The notes under the pieces are model-generated. The model had not been told where the DNA came from. It saw only the letters and a list, made by a program, of their open reading frames with translations, and searched no databases. From positions 11,586-75,585 of the forward strand of contig CANQUI010000004.1 in assembly GCA_947626995.1 (NCBI GenBank): a stretch of 64,000 nucleotides of DNA. The letters are read 5' to 3'. This document shows, in pieces, positions 48,560 through 57,583 of this stretch. The position numbers and the translations under genes are program-made. Every line of letters begins with the position of its first letter. Position 1 is the stretch's first letter. Origin of the DNA: an uncultured Eisenbergiella sp. Its GTDB lineage: Bacteria > Bacillota > Clostridia > Lachnospirales > Lachnospiraceae.

Positions 48560-49866
48560 AAATCATCAGACTGACACCGCAAAGCAAGGAACATCTTTTG
48601 CAGGATCTGCTTAAGAGAAGTCCCAATCATTATGGAAAATACGAGAAAACGGTGGCCGATATCGTCGCAAACATCCGGGCGAAGGGAGACGAGGCGCTGT
48701 TTTCCTATACCAGACAGTTCGATGGCTGCGCCCTCGACGCACAGTCGATCCGGGTGACAAAGGACGAGATTGCAGAGGCCTATGAAAAAACAGACGATGC
48801 GTTACTCTCTGTGATGGAAAAAAGTGCGGAAAACATCCGCGCCTTTCACAGACGGCAGCTGCGCAACAGCTGGTTCGATCCCCGTCCGGACGGCACGATC
48901 CTGGGTATGCGCATCACGCCCATTGCCGCCGCAGGCGTCTATGCGCCGGGCGGAAAAGCGGCCTATCCTTCCAGCGTACTGATGAACGTGATCCCGGCAA
49001 AGGTGGCCGGCGTTTCCCGCATCATTTTGTGCACGCCGCCGGGCCCCGACGGCAAGGTAAATCCGGGAACCCTGGCGGCCGCCCACATCGGCGGAGTGGA
49101 TGAGATCTATAAGGCGGGCGGCGCCCAGGCGATTGCGGCAATGGCCTTTGGGACGCAGAGCATCCCGCGGGTGGACAAGATCACGGGGCCGGGCAACATC
49201 TTTGTCGCACTGGCCAAAAAGGCCTGTTTTGGTTATGTGGGCATTGATTCGATCGCAGGGCCCAGCGAGATTCTGGTCATTGCGGACGAGACGGCCAATC
49301 CCCGGTATGTGGCGGCGGATCTGTTGTCCCAGGCCGAGCATGACGAGATGGCCAGCGCGATTTTGATCACCACCAGCGAAAAGCTGGCAAAGGAGGTTTC
49401 GGATCAGACAGACGCCTTTCTTAAGACCCTATCCCGCAAACAGATTATTCAGACCTCCCTGGATCGTTACGGCTATATCCTTCTGGTGGATTCTTTGGAG
49501 GAAGCGGCCGCAGCGGCGAATGAGATCGCATCGGAGCATCTGGAGATTCTGACAAAGGATCCCTATGCGCTGATGACAAAAATCCAAAACGCCGGGGCAA
49601 TTTTCCTGGGCGAATATTCCTCCGAACCGCTGGGCGATTATTTCGCGGGGCCCAACCATGTGCTGCCCACCAACGGAACGGCCCGCTTTTTCTCCCCCTT
49701 AAACGTGGACGATTTCATGAAAAAAACCAGCGTGATTTCGTATTCTAAGCAGGCTCTTTTTCAGGTCCATGAGGAGATTGAACGATTTGCAAGAGGCGAA
49801 GGGCTGACGGCCCATGAAAATTCCATTCGCGTACGATTTGAGAATCAGACAGGAGATGCGTTATGA
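48556..49866 (+). CDS. hisD: Histidinol dehydrogenase
   Basis: YAPGGKAAYPSSVLM, GGAQAIAAMA, GPGNIFV, AGPSE, SQAEHD, GPNHVLPT. Confidence 0.97.
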   Translation: MKIIRLTPQSKEHLLQDLLKRSPNHYGKYEKTVADIVANIRAKGDEALFSYTRQFDGCALDAQSIRVTKDEIAEAYEKTDDALLSVMEKSAENIRAFHRRQLRNSWFDPRPDGTILGMRITPIAAAGVYAPGGKAAYPSSVLMNVIPAKVAGVSRIILCTPPGPDGKVNPGTLAAAHIGGVDEIYKAGGAQAIAAMAFGTQSIPRVDKITGPGNIFVALAKKACFGYVGIDSIAGPSEILVIADETANPRYVAADLLSQAEHDEMASAILITTSEKLAKEVSDQTDAFLKTLSRKQIIQTSLDRYGYILLVDSLEEAAAAANEIASEHLEILTKDPYALMTKIQNAGAIFLGEYSSEPLGDYFAGPNHVLPTNGTARFFSPLNVDDFMKKTSVISYSKQALFQVHEEIERFARGEGLTAHENSIRVRFENQTGDAL

Positions 49867-50450
49867 AAAGAGAAGTACAGATCAGACGAAAAACCAGAGA
49901 AACGGACATCAGCCTGACGCTGAATCTGGACGGAAACGGCTCCGCTGCGGTGAAAACCGGAATCGGTTTTTTCGATCACATGCTGGAGGGCTTTGCGCGG
50001 CACGGATTTTTTGATCTTACCCTGCAGGTGGAGGGCGATCTTTGCGTGGACGCGCATCACAGCGTGGAGGATACCGGGATTGTGCTGGGACAGGCCATCG
50101 CCCGGGCGCTGGGAGACAAAAAGGGAATCCGCCGGTACGGATTTTTCCTGCTTCCCATGGACGATGCGCTGGTGGCATGCGCGGTGGATCTGTGCGGACG
50201 GCCGTATCTGAATTTTGATTTCGAATTTCCGGCCCCCCGCATCGGGAGCATGGATACCGAACTGATCCGGGAGTTTTTCTACGCCGTTTCCTATTCTGCG
50301 GGAATGAACCTGCATTTTAAGATTCTGGACGGAAAAAACAGTCACCATATTGCGGAGGCCATGTTCAAAGCGTTTTCCAAAGCGACGGATATGGCCACAG
50401 GATACGAGAAACGCCTGACGGACGTTTTGTCCACCAAAGGCACCCTTTAA
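49863..50450 (+). CDS. hisB: Imidazoleglycerol-phosphate dehydratase
   Basis: RKTRETDI, FFDHML, DAHHSVED, PMDDAL, NSHHIAEA. Confidence 0.96.
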   Translation: MKREVQIRRKTRETDISLTLNLDGNGSAAVKTGIGFFDHMLEGFARHGFFDLTLQVEGDLCVDAHHSVEDTGIVLGQAIARALGDKKGIRRYGFFLLPMDDALVACAVDLCGRPYLNFDFEFPAPRIGSMDTELIREFFYAVSYSAGMNLHFKILDGKNSHHIAEAMFKAFSKATDMATGYEKRLTDVLSTKGTL

Positions 50451-50468
50451 ATCGGAGAGGGAACCATA

Positions 50469-51755
50469 ATGGAAAAAAAATTTATGCCCAGTATTTTTCT
50501 GAAAGAGAAAGCAGCGATGGATGACCAGGACGGTCAATCCGTAATAAGCCGGAATCCTCTGGAGCTGGCGGAGCATTACAGTATTTTAAACTGCGACCGC
50601 ATTTATCTTGCCGATCTGTCCTACGACGACAAATCCCAGGAGGAAAATCTGGATGTGATCAAATCCATTTGCGCGGCGGTGGCCGTTCCTGTGGTGGGAG
50701 GCGGCAACATTCATCGAATGGAGGACGTAAAAAAGCTGCTCTACGCCGGTTGTTCCCAGGTCGTATTGGACCTGCGAAAGGAGGAGCAGAAGACCTTACT
50801 GAAAGAAGTGTCCTTAAAATTCGGTCGGGACAGAATCCTGGCGGGGGTGGAGCACCCTGCGCAGCTTCAGGAAGAAAAGGATGCGCTGCACCAATATGCT
50901 TCGGAGGTGTTTTTATTCCATGGCGCCGGCATCAAAGAGGCCGCGCTCACCTCGCCGGTCCCCGTGACGCCATTCATGCCGGAGGTCTCCCTGGAAAAGG
51001 TCATGGAGGTGCTTTCCTTCTCCAATGTGGGCGGCCTGTCCGGTCCGCTGATCAACGACAACGTGGAGCACATCGGCGCGCTCAAGCAATTCTGCCGGGA
51101 AAACGGCATCGAGGTTGCGGGAATCCAGGCGGCCTTTGGCTGGCAGGATCTGAAAAAAGGACCGGATGGCCTGATCCCCGTGGTGGTCCAGGATGTGAAA
51201 ACGGATGTGGTGCTCATGGTCGCCTACATGAACGAGGAGGCCTATCAAAAGACGCTGGAAAGCGGCAGGATGTATTATTTTTCCCGCAGCCGGAACTGCC
51301 TTTGGCTAAAGGGGGAGACCAGCGGGCATTTTCAGTATGTCCATCAGTTAATTGCGGACTGCGATATGGATACGATTCTGGCAAAAGTCGTCCAGATGGG
51401 CGCCGCCTGCCATACCGGCGCATACAGCTGCTTTTTTCATGAGATCCAAAACCGCAGCGATAAAACGAATTCCCACAATCCGTTAAAGGTCTTTGAAGAA
51501 GTATTTTCCGTCATCGAAGACCGGAAGATCCATCCCAAGGAAGGCTCCTATACCAATTATCTGTTTGATAAGGGGCTGGATAAGATCTTAAAGAAGCTGG
51601 GAGAGGAGGCCACAGAGATCGTGATCGCGTCCAAAAATCCCAATCCCAATGAAATCAAATATGAAATCGCCGATTTTCTGTATCATATGATGGTGCTGAT
51701 GGTGCAGCGCGACATCACCTGGGAGGAGATCACGACGGAACTGGCGAACCGCTGA
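50469..51755 (+). CDS. hisIE: Degenerate HisA/HisF-like barrel fused to phosphoribosyl-AMP cyclohydrolase / phosphoribosyl-ATP pyrophosphatase
   Basis: N-terminal VVGGGNIHRMEDVKKLLYAGCSQVV; HisI SRSR..LWLKGETSG, DCDMD, CHTG..SCF; HisE SYTNYLFDKG, KKLGEEATE, EIADFLYH. Confidence 0.9.
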   Translation: MEKKFMPSIFLKEKAAMDDQDGQSVISRNPLELAEHYSILNCDRIYLADLSYDDKSQEENLDVIKSICAAVAVPVVGGGNIHRMEDVKKLLYAGCSQVVLDLRKEEQKTLLKEVSLKFGRDRILAGVEHPAQLQEEKDALHQYASEVFLFHGAGIKEAALTSPVPVTPFMPEVSLEKVMEVLSFSNVGGLSGPLINDNVEHIGALKQFCRENGIEVAGIQAAFGWQDLKKGPDGLIPVVVQDVKTDVVLMVAYMNEEAYQKTLESGRMYYFSRSRNCLWLKGETSGHFQYVHQLIADCDMDTILAKVVQMGAACHTGAYSCFFHEIQNRSDKTNSHNPLKVFEEVFSVIEDRKIHPKEGSYTNYLFDKGLDKILKKLGEEATEIVIASKNPNPNEIKYEIADFLYHMMVLMVQRDITWEEITTELANR

Positions 51756-51819
51756 GGGAATATTTGCCCGTTTCTCGCAATAGGATAGGGATAAGAAAAG
51801 CAAACAGGCATGGATTGCG

Positions 51820-52203
51820 ATGACGGAATCAGAGCGTAAGCTGAAGCTGACGCGGTTTCTGCGCGAGGAAAACGCCATGAACCGCGTGAAAATGAAAAGC
51901 CGGGAAGAAATCCTGTACGGAAGCGGGAAACCGATGACGGCGGAGGAAATTCCGCTGGTATACGAAGGGTATTTAAGCGAATCCGGCTATGAAATGCCCG
52001 GGCCCCGTACGATTCGTTCCTCCTTTGGGATGCGTACCGCCCTGGCGCTGCTTTTATTCGGACTGGTGATCTATCTGGACCGGAGCGATACCGCGCTTCG
52101 TTCCGGGCAGCCTCTGGGAGAAATGATTCAGGATCAGCTGTCCGTTTCCATGGAAGACAGACTGGCCAGGGCCGTGGGGCTCTTTTCGGCGTTTGATGAG
52201 TGA
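51820..52203 (+). CDS. Hypothetical protein with a single TM helix
   Basis: ORF with ATG and a hydrophobic segment ALALLLFGLVIYL, between hisIE and the radical SAM gene. Confidence 0.7.
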   Translation: MTESERKLKLTRFLREENAMNRVKMKSREEILYGSGKPMTAEEIPLVYEGYLSESGYEMPGPRTIRSSFGMRTALALLLFGLVIYLDRSDTALRSGQPLGEMIQDQLSVSMEDRLARAVGLFSAFDE

Positions 52204-52227
52204 AAAATGATTTTGGGAGACAATACG

Positions 52228-54129
52228 ATGCGATTACCCGATTTTGAGAACCGTCTGGCGTTGTCGGACGAAATCCTTCTTTCCGTGGACAAACCCGCCC
52301 GATACATCGGCGGAGAAGTCAATGCGGTCTATAAAGACAAAAAGAAGATTGCCCTTCGCTTTGCCATGTGTTTTCCGGACGTTTACGAGATCGGCATGTC
52401 CCATCTGGGCATCCAGATCCTCTACGACATGTTCAACCGTTATGAGGACGTCTGGTGCGAGCGGGTGTATTCTCCCTGGACGGACCTGGACCGGATTCTG
52501 CGTCGGGAAAATATTCCGTTATTTGCGCTGGAATCACAGGATCCGATCCGGGAATTTGATTTTCTGGGCATCACCCTGCAATATGAAATGTGTTATACCA
52601 ATATTCTGCAGGTTCTGGATCTGTCCAAAATCCCGCTGCTTTCCAAAGACAGGGACGAAACCTGTCCCATCGTCATCGGAGGCGGGCCCTGTTCCTATAA
52701 TCCCGAGCCCATCGCTCCTTTTTTTGACCTGTTTTACATCGGGGAGGGAGAGACGGTATACCGCCGTCTGTTCGATCTGTATCTGGAGACGAAAGCCAAA
52801 GGAGAGGACAGAGCATCGTTTTTGCTGCGCGCGGCCCGGGAGGTTCCCGGCATTTACGTGCCGGCTCTGTACGAAACCACCTATCATCCCGACGGTACCA
52901 TCGCCTCCTTTTTGCCCACAGCGCCCGGCGTGCCTGCAAAGATCACAAAGGAAATCGTCATGGATCTGGATCGCGCGCCCTATCCGCAAAAACCCGTGGT
53001 AGCCTACACCAAGGCCGTGCAGGACAGAGTGGTGTTGGAGATCCAGCGGGGCTGCATCCGAGGATGCCGGTTCTGTCAGGCAGGACAAATCTATCGGCCG
53101 GTTCGGGAAAAGAGTCTGGAACGGCTCAAAAAAGACGCCCTGGAGCTGCTGGAGGGCACCGGCCAGGAAGAAATTTCCTTAAACTCCCTAAGCTCCAGCG
53201 ACTATTCTCATTTAAAAGAGCTGGTGGATTTTCTGATGGATACCTGCAGGGAAAAGAATGTGAACATTTCCCTGCCGTCTTTGCGCATTGATGCGTTTTC
53301 CCTGGATGTGATGGGCCGGGTGCAGGATGTGAAAAAAAGCAGTCTGACCTTTGCGCCGGAAGCGGGAAGCCAGCGGCTGCGCGACGTGATCAATAAGGGA
53401 CTGACGCAGGAGGATATTCTGCAGGGGGCGCGGATGGCCTTTTTGGGCGGATGGAACCGGGTCAAGCTCTATTTTATGCTGGGCCTGCCCACGGAAACCC
53501 CGGAGGATATTCGTGGAATCGCCGCGCTCTGTAATGAAATCGCCGCGCTTTACTATGACGTTCTTCCCAAAGAGAAGCGCAGCGGGCCGGTTCAGATTGT
53601 AGCCAGCACTTCGTTTTTCATTCCCAAGCCCTTCACCCCCTTCCAGTGGGCGCCCATGTGCACAAAGGACGAGTTTACGCATAAGGCGGGACTGACCAAA
53701 CATGCGATCCACGAACAGCTGAACCAGAAACGGATCAAATACAACTGGCATGAAGCCGATTTGAGCGTTTTGGAGGGCGTTTTTGCCAGAGGAGACCGCC
53801 AAATCGCCCCTGTGATCCTGCGGGCCTATGAAAAGGGCTGTCTGTATGATTCCTGGGGGGAAACCTTCCGATATGACCTGTGGACAGAAGCCTTTGCAGA
53901 ATGTGGGGTAGATCCGGATTTTTATACGGTGCGCCAAAGAGAAAAAGAGGAGATCTTTCCCTGGGACTTTCTGGATTGCGGCGTGGACAAGTCGTTTTTA
54001 TGGAAAGAATGGCAAAAGGCGCTTCGCCAGGAGATCACCCCCAACTGCAGACAAGCCTGCCAGGGCTGCGGCGCCGCACGTTTCAAAGGGGGCGTCTGTC
54101 TGGAAAAAAGAGAGGGGGCTGCCGTATGA
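52228..54129 (+). CDS. TIGR03960-family radical SAM protein (B12-binding-like N-terminus)
   Basis: KPARYIGGE, FPDVYEIGMSHLG, WCERV, GCIRGCRFC (CxxxCxxC), SLPSLR, TFAPEAGSQRLR, LPTET; start 52207 or 52228. Confidence 0.9.
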   Translation: MRLPDFENRLALSDEILLSVDKPARYIGGEVNAVYKDKKKIALRFAMCFPDVYEIGMSHLGIQILYDMFNRYEDVWCERVYSPWTDLDRILRRENIPLFALESQDPIREFDFLGITLQYEMCYTNILQVLDLSKIPLLSKDRDETCPIVIGGGPCSYNPEPIAPFFDLFYIGEGETVYRRLFDLYLETKAKGEDRASFLLRAAREVPGIYVPALYETTYHPDGTIASFLPTAPGVPAKITKEIVMDLDRAPYPQKPVVAYTKAVQDRVVLEIQRGCIRGCRFCQAGQIYRPVREKSLERLKKDALELLEGTGQEEISLNSLSSSDYSHLKELVDFLMDTCREKNVNISLPSLRIDAFSLDVMGRVQDVKKSSLTFAPEAGSQRLRDVINKGLTQEDILQGARMAFLGGWNRVKLYFMLGLPTETPEDIRGIAALCNEIAALYYDVLPKEKRSGPVQIVASTSFFIPKPFTPFQWAPMCTKDEFTHKAGLTKHAIHEQLNQKRIKYNWHEADLSVLEGVFARGDRQIAPVILRAYEKGCLYDSWGETFRYDLWTEAFAECGVDPDFYTVRQREKEEIFPWDFLDCGVDKSFLWKEWQKALRQEITPNCRQACQGCGAARFKGGVCLEKREGAAV

Positions 54130-54842
54130 AGATTCGGATCAAATTTTCCAAATACGGATCGCTGCGGTTTATCGGCCATCTGGACGTCATGCGCTTCTTT
54201 CAGAAGGCCATCCGGCGCGCCGGCATCGACGTGGCGTATACCACCGGGTTTAGTCCCCATCAGATCATGACCTTTGCCTCCCCGCTGGGGATGGGAATGT
54301 GCAGCCTGGGGGAATATATGGATATTGAGGTCCATTCCCATCAGGGCGCGCAGGATATGAAGGAACGGCTCCAGGCCCAGTGTCCTTTTGGCATTGATAT
54401 TCTTTCCGTAAAGGCGCTGCCAGAGCCGGAACCAAACAAAAAGGTCGTCAGCGCCATGGCCAGCGTTTCGGCCGCCTCGTATGCGGCGGTGTGGAAGGAA
54501 AAGGGCAGAAGTTTTTGCGACTACAGCGGTCAATGCGCAGATTTCCTTGCCCAGGAGGAAATCCTGGTGGAAAAGGAAGAAAAAAAGGGGACGGTTTTTC
54601 GGAATATCCGTTTGGGGATCTACGAGTTAAAGATCGAAGACGACGCCCTTTTGTTTACGGTTGACGCCAGCAGCTCCGGCAACATCAGACCCTCCTGGGT
54701 GGTGAGCCGTTTCCTGGATTTTATCCATGTTGCAGCGCCTGACAGCGCGCTGCAGATCATCCGTTTGGAGCTTTATACCCATCAGGGCGACGGACCGGAA
54801 CGAACGCTCATACCTTTGGACGCGATAGGAGAAGAATTTTGA
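54126..54842 (+). CDS. TIGR03936-family radical SAM-linked protein (DUF2344)
   Basis: MKIRIKFSKYG.LRFIGHLD...YTTGFSPH...FASPLG.G...GEYMD. Confidence 0.9.
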   Translation: MKIRIKFSKYGSLRFIGHLDVMRFFQKAIRRAGIDVAYTTGFSPHQIMTFASPLGMGMCSLGEYMDIEVHSHQGAQDMKERLQAQCPFGIDILSVKALPEPEPNKKVVSAMASVSAASYAAVWKEKGRSFCDYSGQCADFLAQEEILVEKEEKKGTVFRNIRLGIYELKIEDDALLFTVDASSSGNIRPSWVVSRFLDFIHVAAPDSALQIIRLELYTHQGDGPERTLIPLDAIGEEF

Positions 54843-56086
54843 GCAAAAATTATGTGATCACCCGCATCCGTTCTCAGCAGATCGGATTCCTGCTGGAGGA
54901 TGACCGGCTTGTGGAGGTCCATCCGGCGAGAGAGCAGCCCTCGCTGCTGGGCGGCATCTTCGTGGGAAAGGTCAGGCAGATCGTCCGCAACATTGACGCG
55001 GCCTTTGTGGAGATCGCCGGCGGGCAGACCTGTTTTCTGCCTCTTGCACAGGCCGCCCATCCGATTCTTGCCAACCGCCCGTCGGACGGAAGACTGCTGG
55101 CCGGAGACGAAGTGCTGGTACAGGTGAAAAAGGATGCGGTCAAAACCAAAGATCCGGTGCTTTCGGCCAATCTTTCCGTAACGGGACACCTTTTTGGCGT
55201 ACAGATCGGCACAGACAACGGCATCCGTTATTCCAAAAAGCTGACGAACGAGCAAAAGGAGCGAATCGATCAGGCATTAAAACCGCTTTTGGTCCCTGCG
55301 CACATGACGCTGATCGTACGCACCGGGGCAGGAGAGATAACCGATCCGGAGGCGCTGATAAACGGCGCGCGGCGGCAGATCCAACGGGCCGAACATCTTT
55401 TGCAGGTCGGAAAGACACGCACGGTCTTTTCTTTGCTCACAGAACGGCATCCCGATTCTCTTCGGCCTCTTTTCGACGGGACAATGCCGCTTCCGGACCG
55501 GATCGTAACGGACGATCGGGAGGTTTATACGGCCGTTTCCGCATATCTTAAAGAAACCGGGTGTCCGGCTGAGGCAAAGCTGTATCAGGATGAAAAAATC
55601 CCGCTTCCTCTGCTTTACGGGCTGGAGGGCAAATTCCGGGAAGCAATCCTGAAAAAGGTCTGGCTGCCTTCCGGAGGCTATCTGGTGATCGAACCCGTGG
55701 AGGCGCTGACGGTCATCGACGTCAACACCGGGAAATATACGGGAAACCGACAGACGGAAGAAACCTTTCGCCTCATAAACCGGGAAGCGGCCGCCGAGAC
55801 GGCGCGCCAGCTGCGCCTGCGGAATCTGTCCGGCATCATTCTGGTGGATTTTATCAATATGAAGAACAGGCAAGACAACCGGGAGCTGCTTTTGTATTTC
55901 AGAGATCTGTGCCGGCAGGATCCCGTGCCCGCCAAAGTAATTGATATGACGCCGCTGGGTCTGGTGGAGGTCACACGGCAGAAGCGGGAGCGGACTCTGG
56001 CAGAGCTTCTTGCAAAGGAGAACGGAGCAAATGAAATTTCTGGGGATGGAGAAGGTACGGGACGGCAGGTATCTGAAGAATTATGA
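54839..56086 (+). CDS. Ribonuclease E/G family
   Basis: S1 domain GIFVGKVRQIV...AAFVEI, GGYLVIE..EALTVIDVNTGK, RLRNLSGIILVDFI, GLVEVTRQK; TTG start. Confidence 0.9.
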   Translation: MSKNYVITRIRSQQIGFLLEDDRLVEVHPAREQPSLLGGIFVGKVRQIVRNIDAAFVEIAGGQTCFLPLAQAAHPILANRPSDGRLLAGDEVLVQVKKDAVKTKDPVLSANLSVTGHLFGVQIGTDNGIRYSKKLTNEQKERIDQALKPLLVPAHMTLIVRTGAGEITDPEALINGARRQIQRAEHLLQVGKTRTVFSLLTERHPDSLRPLFDGTMPLPDRIVTDDREVYTAVSAYLKETGCPAEAKLYQDEKIPLPLLYGLEGKFREAILKKVWLPSGGYLVIEPVEALTVIDVNTGKYTGNRQTEETFRLINREAAAETARQLRLRNLSGIILVDFINMKNRQDNRELLLYFRDLCRQDPVPAKVIDMTPLGLVEVTRQKRERTLAELLAKENGANEISGDGEGTGRQVSEEL

Positions 56087-56633
56087 GCTGGCCTATGAAA
56101 ATAAGGCCGGCAGGATCAAAAAATACGAAATCGTCAGCCGGAAAGAGCTGAAAGGGCCGCAGGATCTCGGAAATCAGGTCAGCGGCGTATCCATCGTCGC
56201 CTTTTGCGAGGACAGGATGCTTTTGCTGCGGGAATTCCGCCTGAGCATCAATCGCAGAATCTACAATCTCTGCGCCGGTATGCTGGAAGAAAACGAGACC
56301 ATTGTCGAATGTATCAAACGGGAGTTATACGAGGAGACCGGACTTTGCGTCAACCGTCTCCTGGCCCTCCTGCCGCCTTCTTTTTCCGCAGTCGGATTTT
56401 CGGACACCCGGACCTATATTGCCTTTGTGGAAGCATCCGGCGATCTTTCGGATCACACGTCGGAAAACGAAGAGATCAGCGCCCGGTTTTACAGCCGCAG
56501 TGAAGTGCGCGCGCTTTTAAAAACAGAGGCGTTTTCCTCCCGTTCCCAGATGGCGGCCTTTTATTTTGCTTCCGGTGTCCGTCCGGAGGATCTTGCCGGT
56601 CTTTTGGAACCTACAGAACGTTTTTCTGTATAA
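56031..56633 (+). CDS. NUDIX hydrolase (ADP-ribose pyrophosphatase-like)
   Basis: CAGMLEENETIVECIKRELYEETG Nudix box. Confidence 0.88.
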   Translation: MKFLGMEKVRDGRYLKNYELAYENKAGRIKKYEIVSRKELKGPQDLGNQVSGVSIVAFCEDRMLLLREFRLSINRRIYNLCAGMLEENETIVECIKRELYEETGLCVNRLLALLPPSFSAVGFSDTRTYIAFVEASGDLSDHTSENEEISARFYSRSEVRALLKTEAFSSRSQMAAFYFASGVRPEDLAGLLEPTERFSV

Positions 56634-56649
56634 ATTGCACAGAATGGGG

Positions 56650-56678
56650 TTGAACTTTCCTTTTTCATTGTGTATAAT
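56650..56678 (+). promoter_or_regulatory. SigA-type promoter
   Basis: TTGAAC - 17 bp - TATAAT. Confidence 0.7.
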
Positions 56679-56704
56679 AACAATATCTGAAAGGAGGATG
56701 GCGC

Positions 56705-57331
56705 ATGAACACGATTATTACCATTGGAAGGCAGTTTGGATCCGGCGGGAAAGAGATCGGAGAGAAGGTGGCCGAATATTTCAAAATTCCCTGCTATGAC
56801 AAGGAGCTTTTGACCAGGGCAGCCAAGGAAAGCGGATTTTGCGAAGAGATGATCCGCAACCATGACGAACGGCCCACCAGTTCCTTTTTATACAATCTGG
56901 TCATGGACACCTATTCCTTCGGATACAATACATCGTCATTTGTGGATATGCCCATCAGCCACAAGGTTTTTCTGGCGCAGTTTGACACCATAAAAAATAT
57001 CGCGTCGGAGGGGCCCTGCGTCATCGTGGGACGCTGCGCCGATTACGCGCTTCATGACTTTAAAAACTGTATCCATCTTTTCATTTACGGAGATGAAGAG
57101 GCAAAGGTCAAGCGGATCATGAAAAAATACGATCTGGGCGAAGACAAGGCCCGGGACATGTGCGTCAAGAAGGACAAACAGCGTCAGAGCTATTATAATT
57201 ATTATTCGTCCAAAAAATGGGGCCGGGCGGACAGCTACGATTTCTGCCTGAACAGTTCCGTGCTGGGGGTTGACGGCACGGTAAAGCTGATCGTTCAGAT
57301 CATTGAAGACTTTGAAAAACGCGGAAATTAA
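56705..57331 (+). CDS. Cytidylate kinase-like family protein
   Basis: ITIGRQFGSGG, CVIVGRCADY, DKQRQSYYNYY...WG.ADSYD..LNSS. Confidence 0.9.
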   Translation: MNTIITIGRQFGSGGKEIGEKVAEYFKIPCYDKELLTRAAKESGFCEEMIRNHDERPTSSFLYNLVMDTYSFGYNTSSFVDMPISHKVFLAQFDTIKNIASEGPCVIVGRCADYALHDFKNCIHLFIYGDEEAKVKRIMKKYDLGEDKARDMCVKKDKQRQSYYNYYSSKKWGRADSYDFCLNSSVLGVDGTVKLIVQIIEDFEKRGN

Positions 57332-57346
57332 AAGGCTCCGCCTCAT

Positions 57347-57381
57347 AAAAAGACGTCCCGTACCGCGAGGCGTCTTTTTTT
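57347..57381 (+). terminator. Intrinsic terminator after the cytidylate kinase-like gene
   Basis: AAAAAGACGTCCC...GAGGCGTCTTTTTTT. Confidence 0.8.
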
Positions 57382-57416
57382 GTTGTATGTGTTTTGTGGT
57401 GTGGCAAAAACCGAAA

Positions 57417-57443
57417 GATTTACATAATATTATTATGTCAATC
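57417..57443. other. 27-bp dif-like palindrome
   Basis: GATTTACATAA-TATTA-TTATGTCAATC; arms are 10/11 complementary and carry the TTATGT core of Xer binding arms; spacer is 5 bp rather than 6. Confidence 0.4.
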
Positions 57444-57583
57444 AATGGGCCCCGATTCGTTCTCGGAAGAGGACACATTGCGCTCTACAACTATGCGCAA
57501 AACGCAAGTTTAACGAATAATTATGGGTGGAAAACGGCGTTTCTTCTCTGTGAGTCGGGGAAACCCTGACCGGCCATTTTTTT
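57444..57583 (+). ncRNA. Candidate structured non-coding RNA (unassigned family)
   Basis: Several helices including a GNRA-capped hairpin and a long-range 9-bp helix; complementary 5'/3' ends; T7 tract; no downstream sense gene. Confidence 0.4.

Noticed and set aside
57492-57530. Fragments ACGCAAGTTT and ATGGGTG resembling the xpt guanine riboswitch
   Set aside because: The P3 stem-loop and the UUUCUAC junction are absent, the spacing is too short, and no sense gene follows.
57519-57540. AATTATGGGTGGAAAACGGCG, a T-box-like string
   Set aside because: It lacks the ACC bulge and the Stem I AGAGA/GGUG motifs, and has no downstream gene.
57552-57571. GAGTCGGGGAAACCCTGACC resembling the 3' B12-box
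   Set aside because: The upstream cobalamin-riboswitch core (GGGAA, CCC..ACTGT, GCCACTG) is not present.
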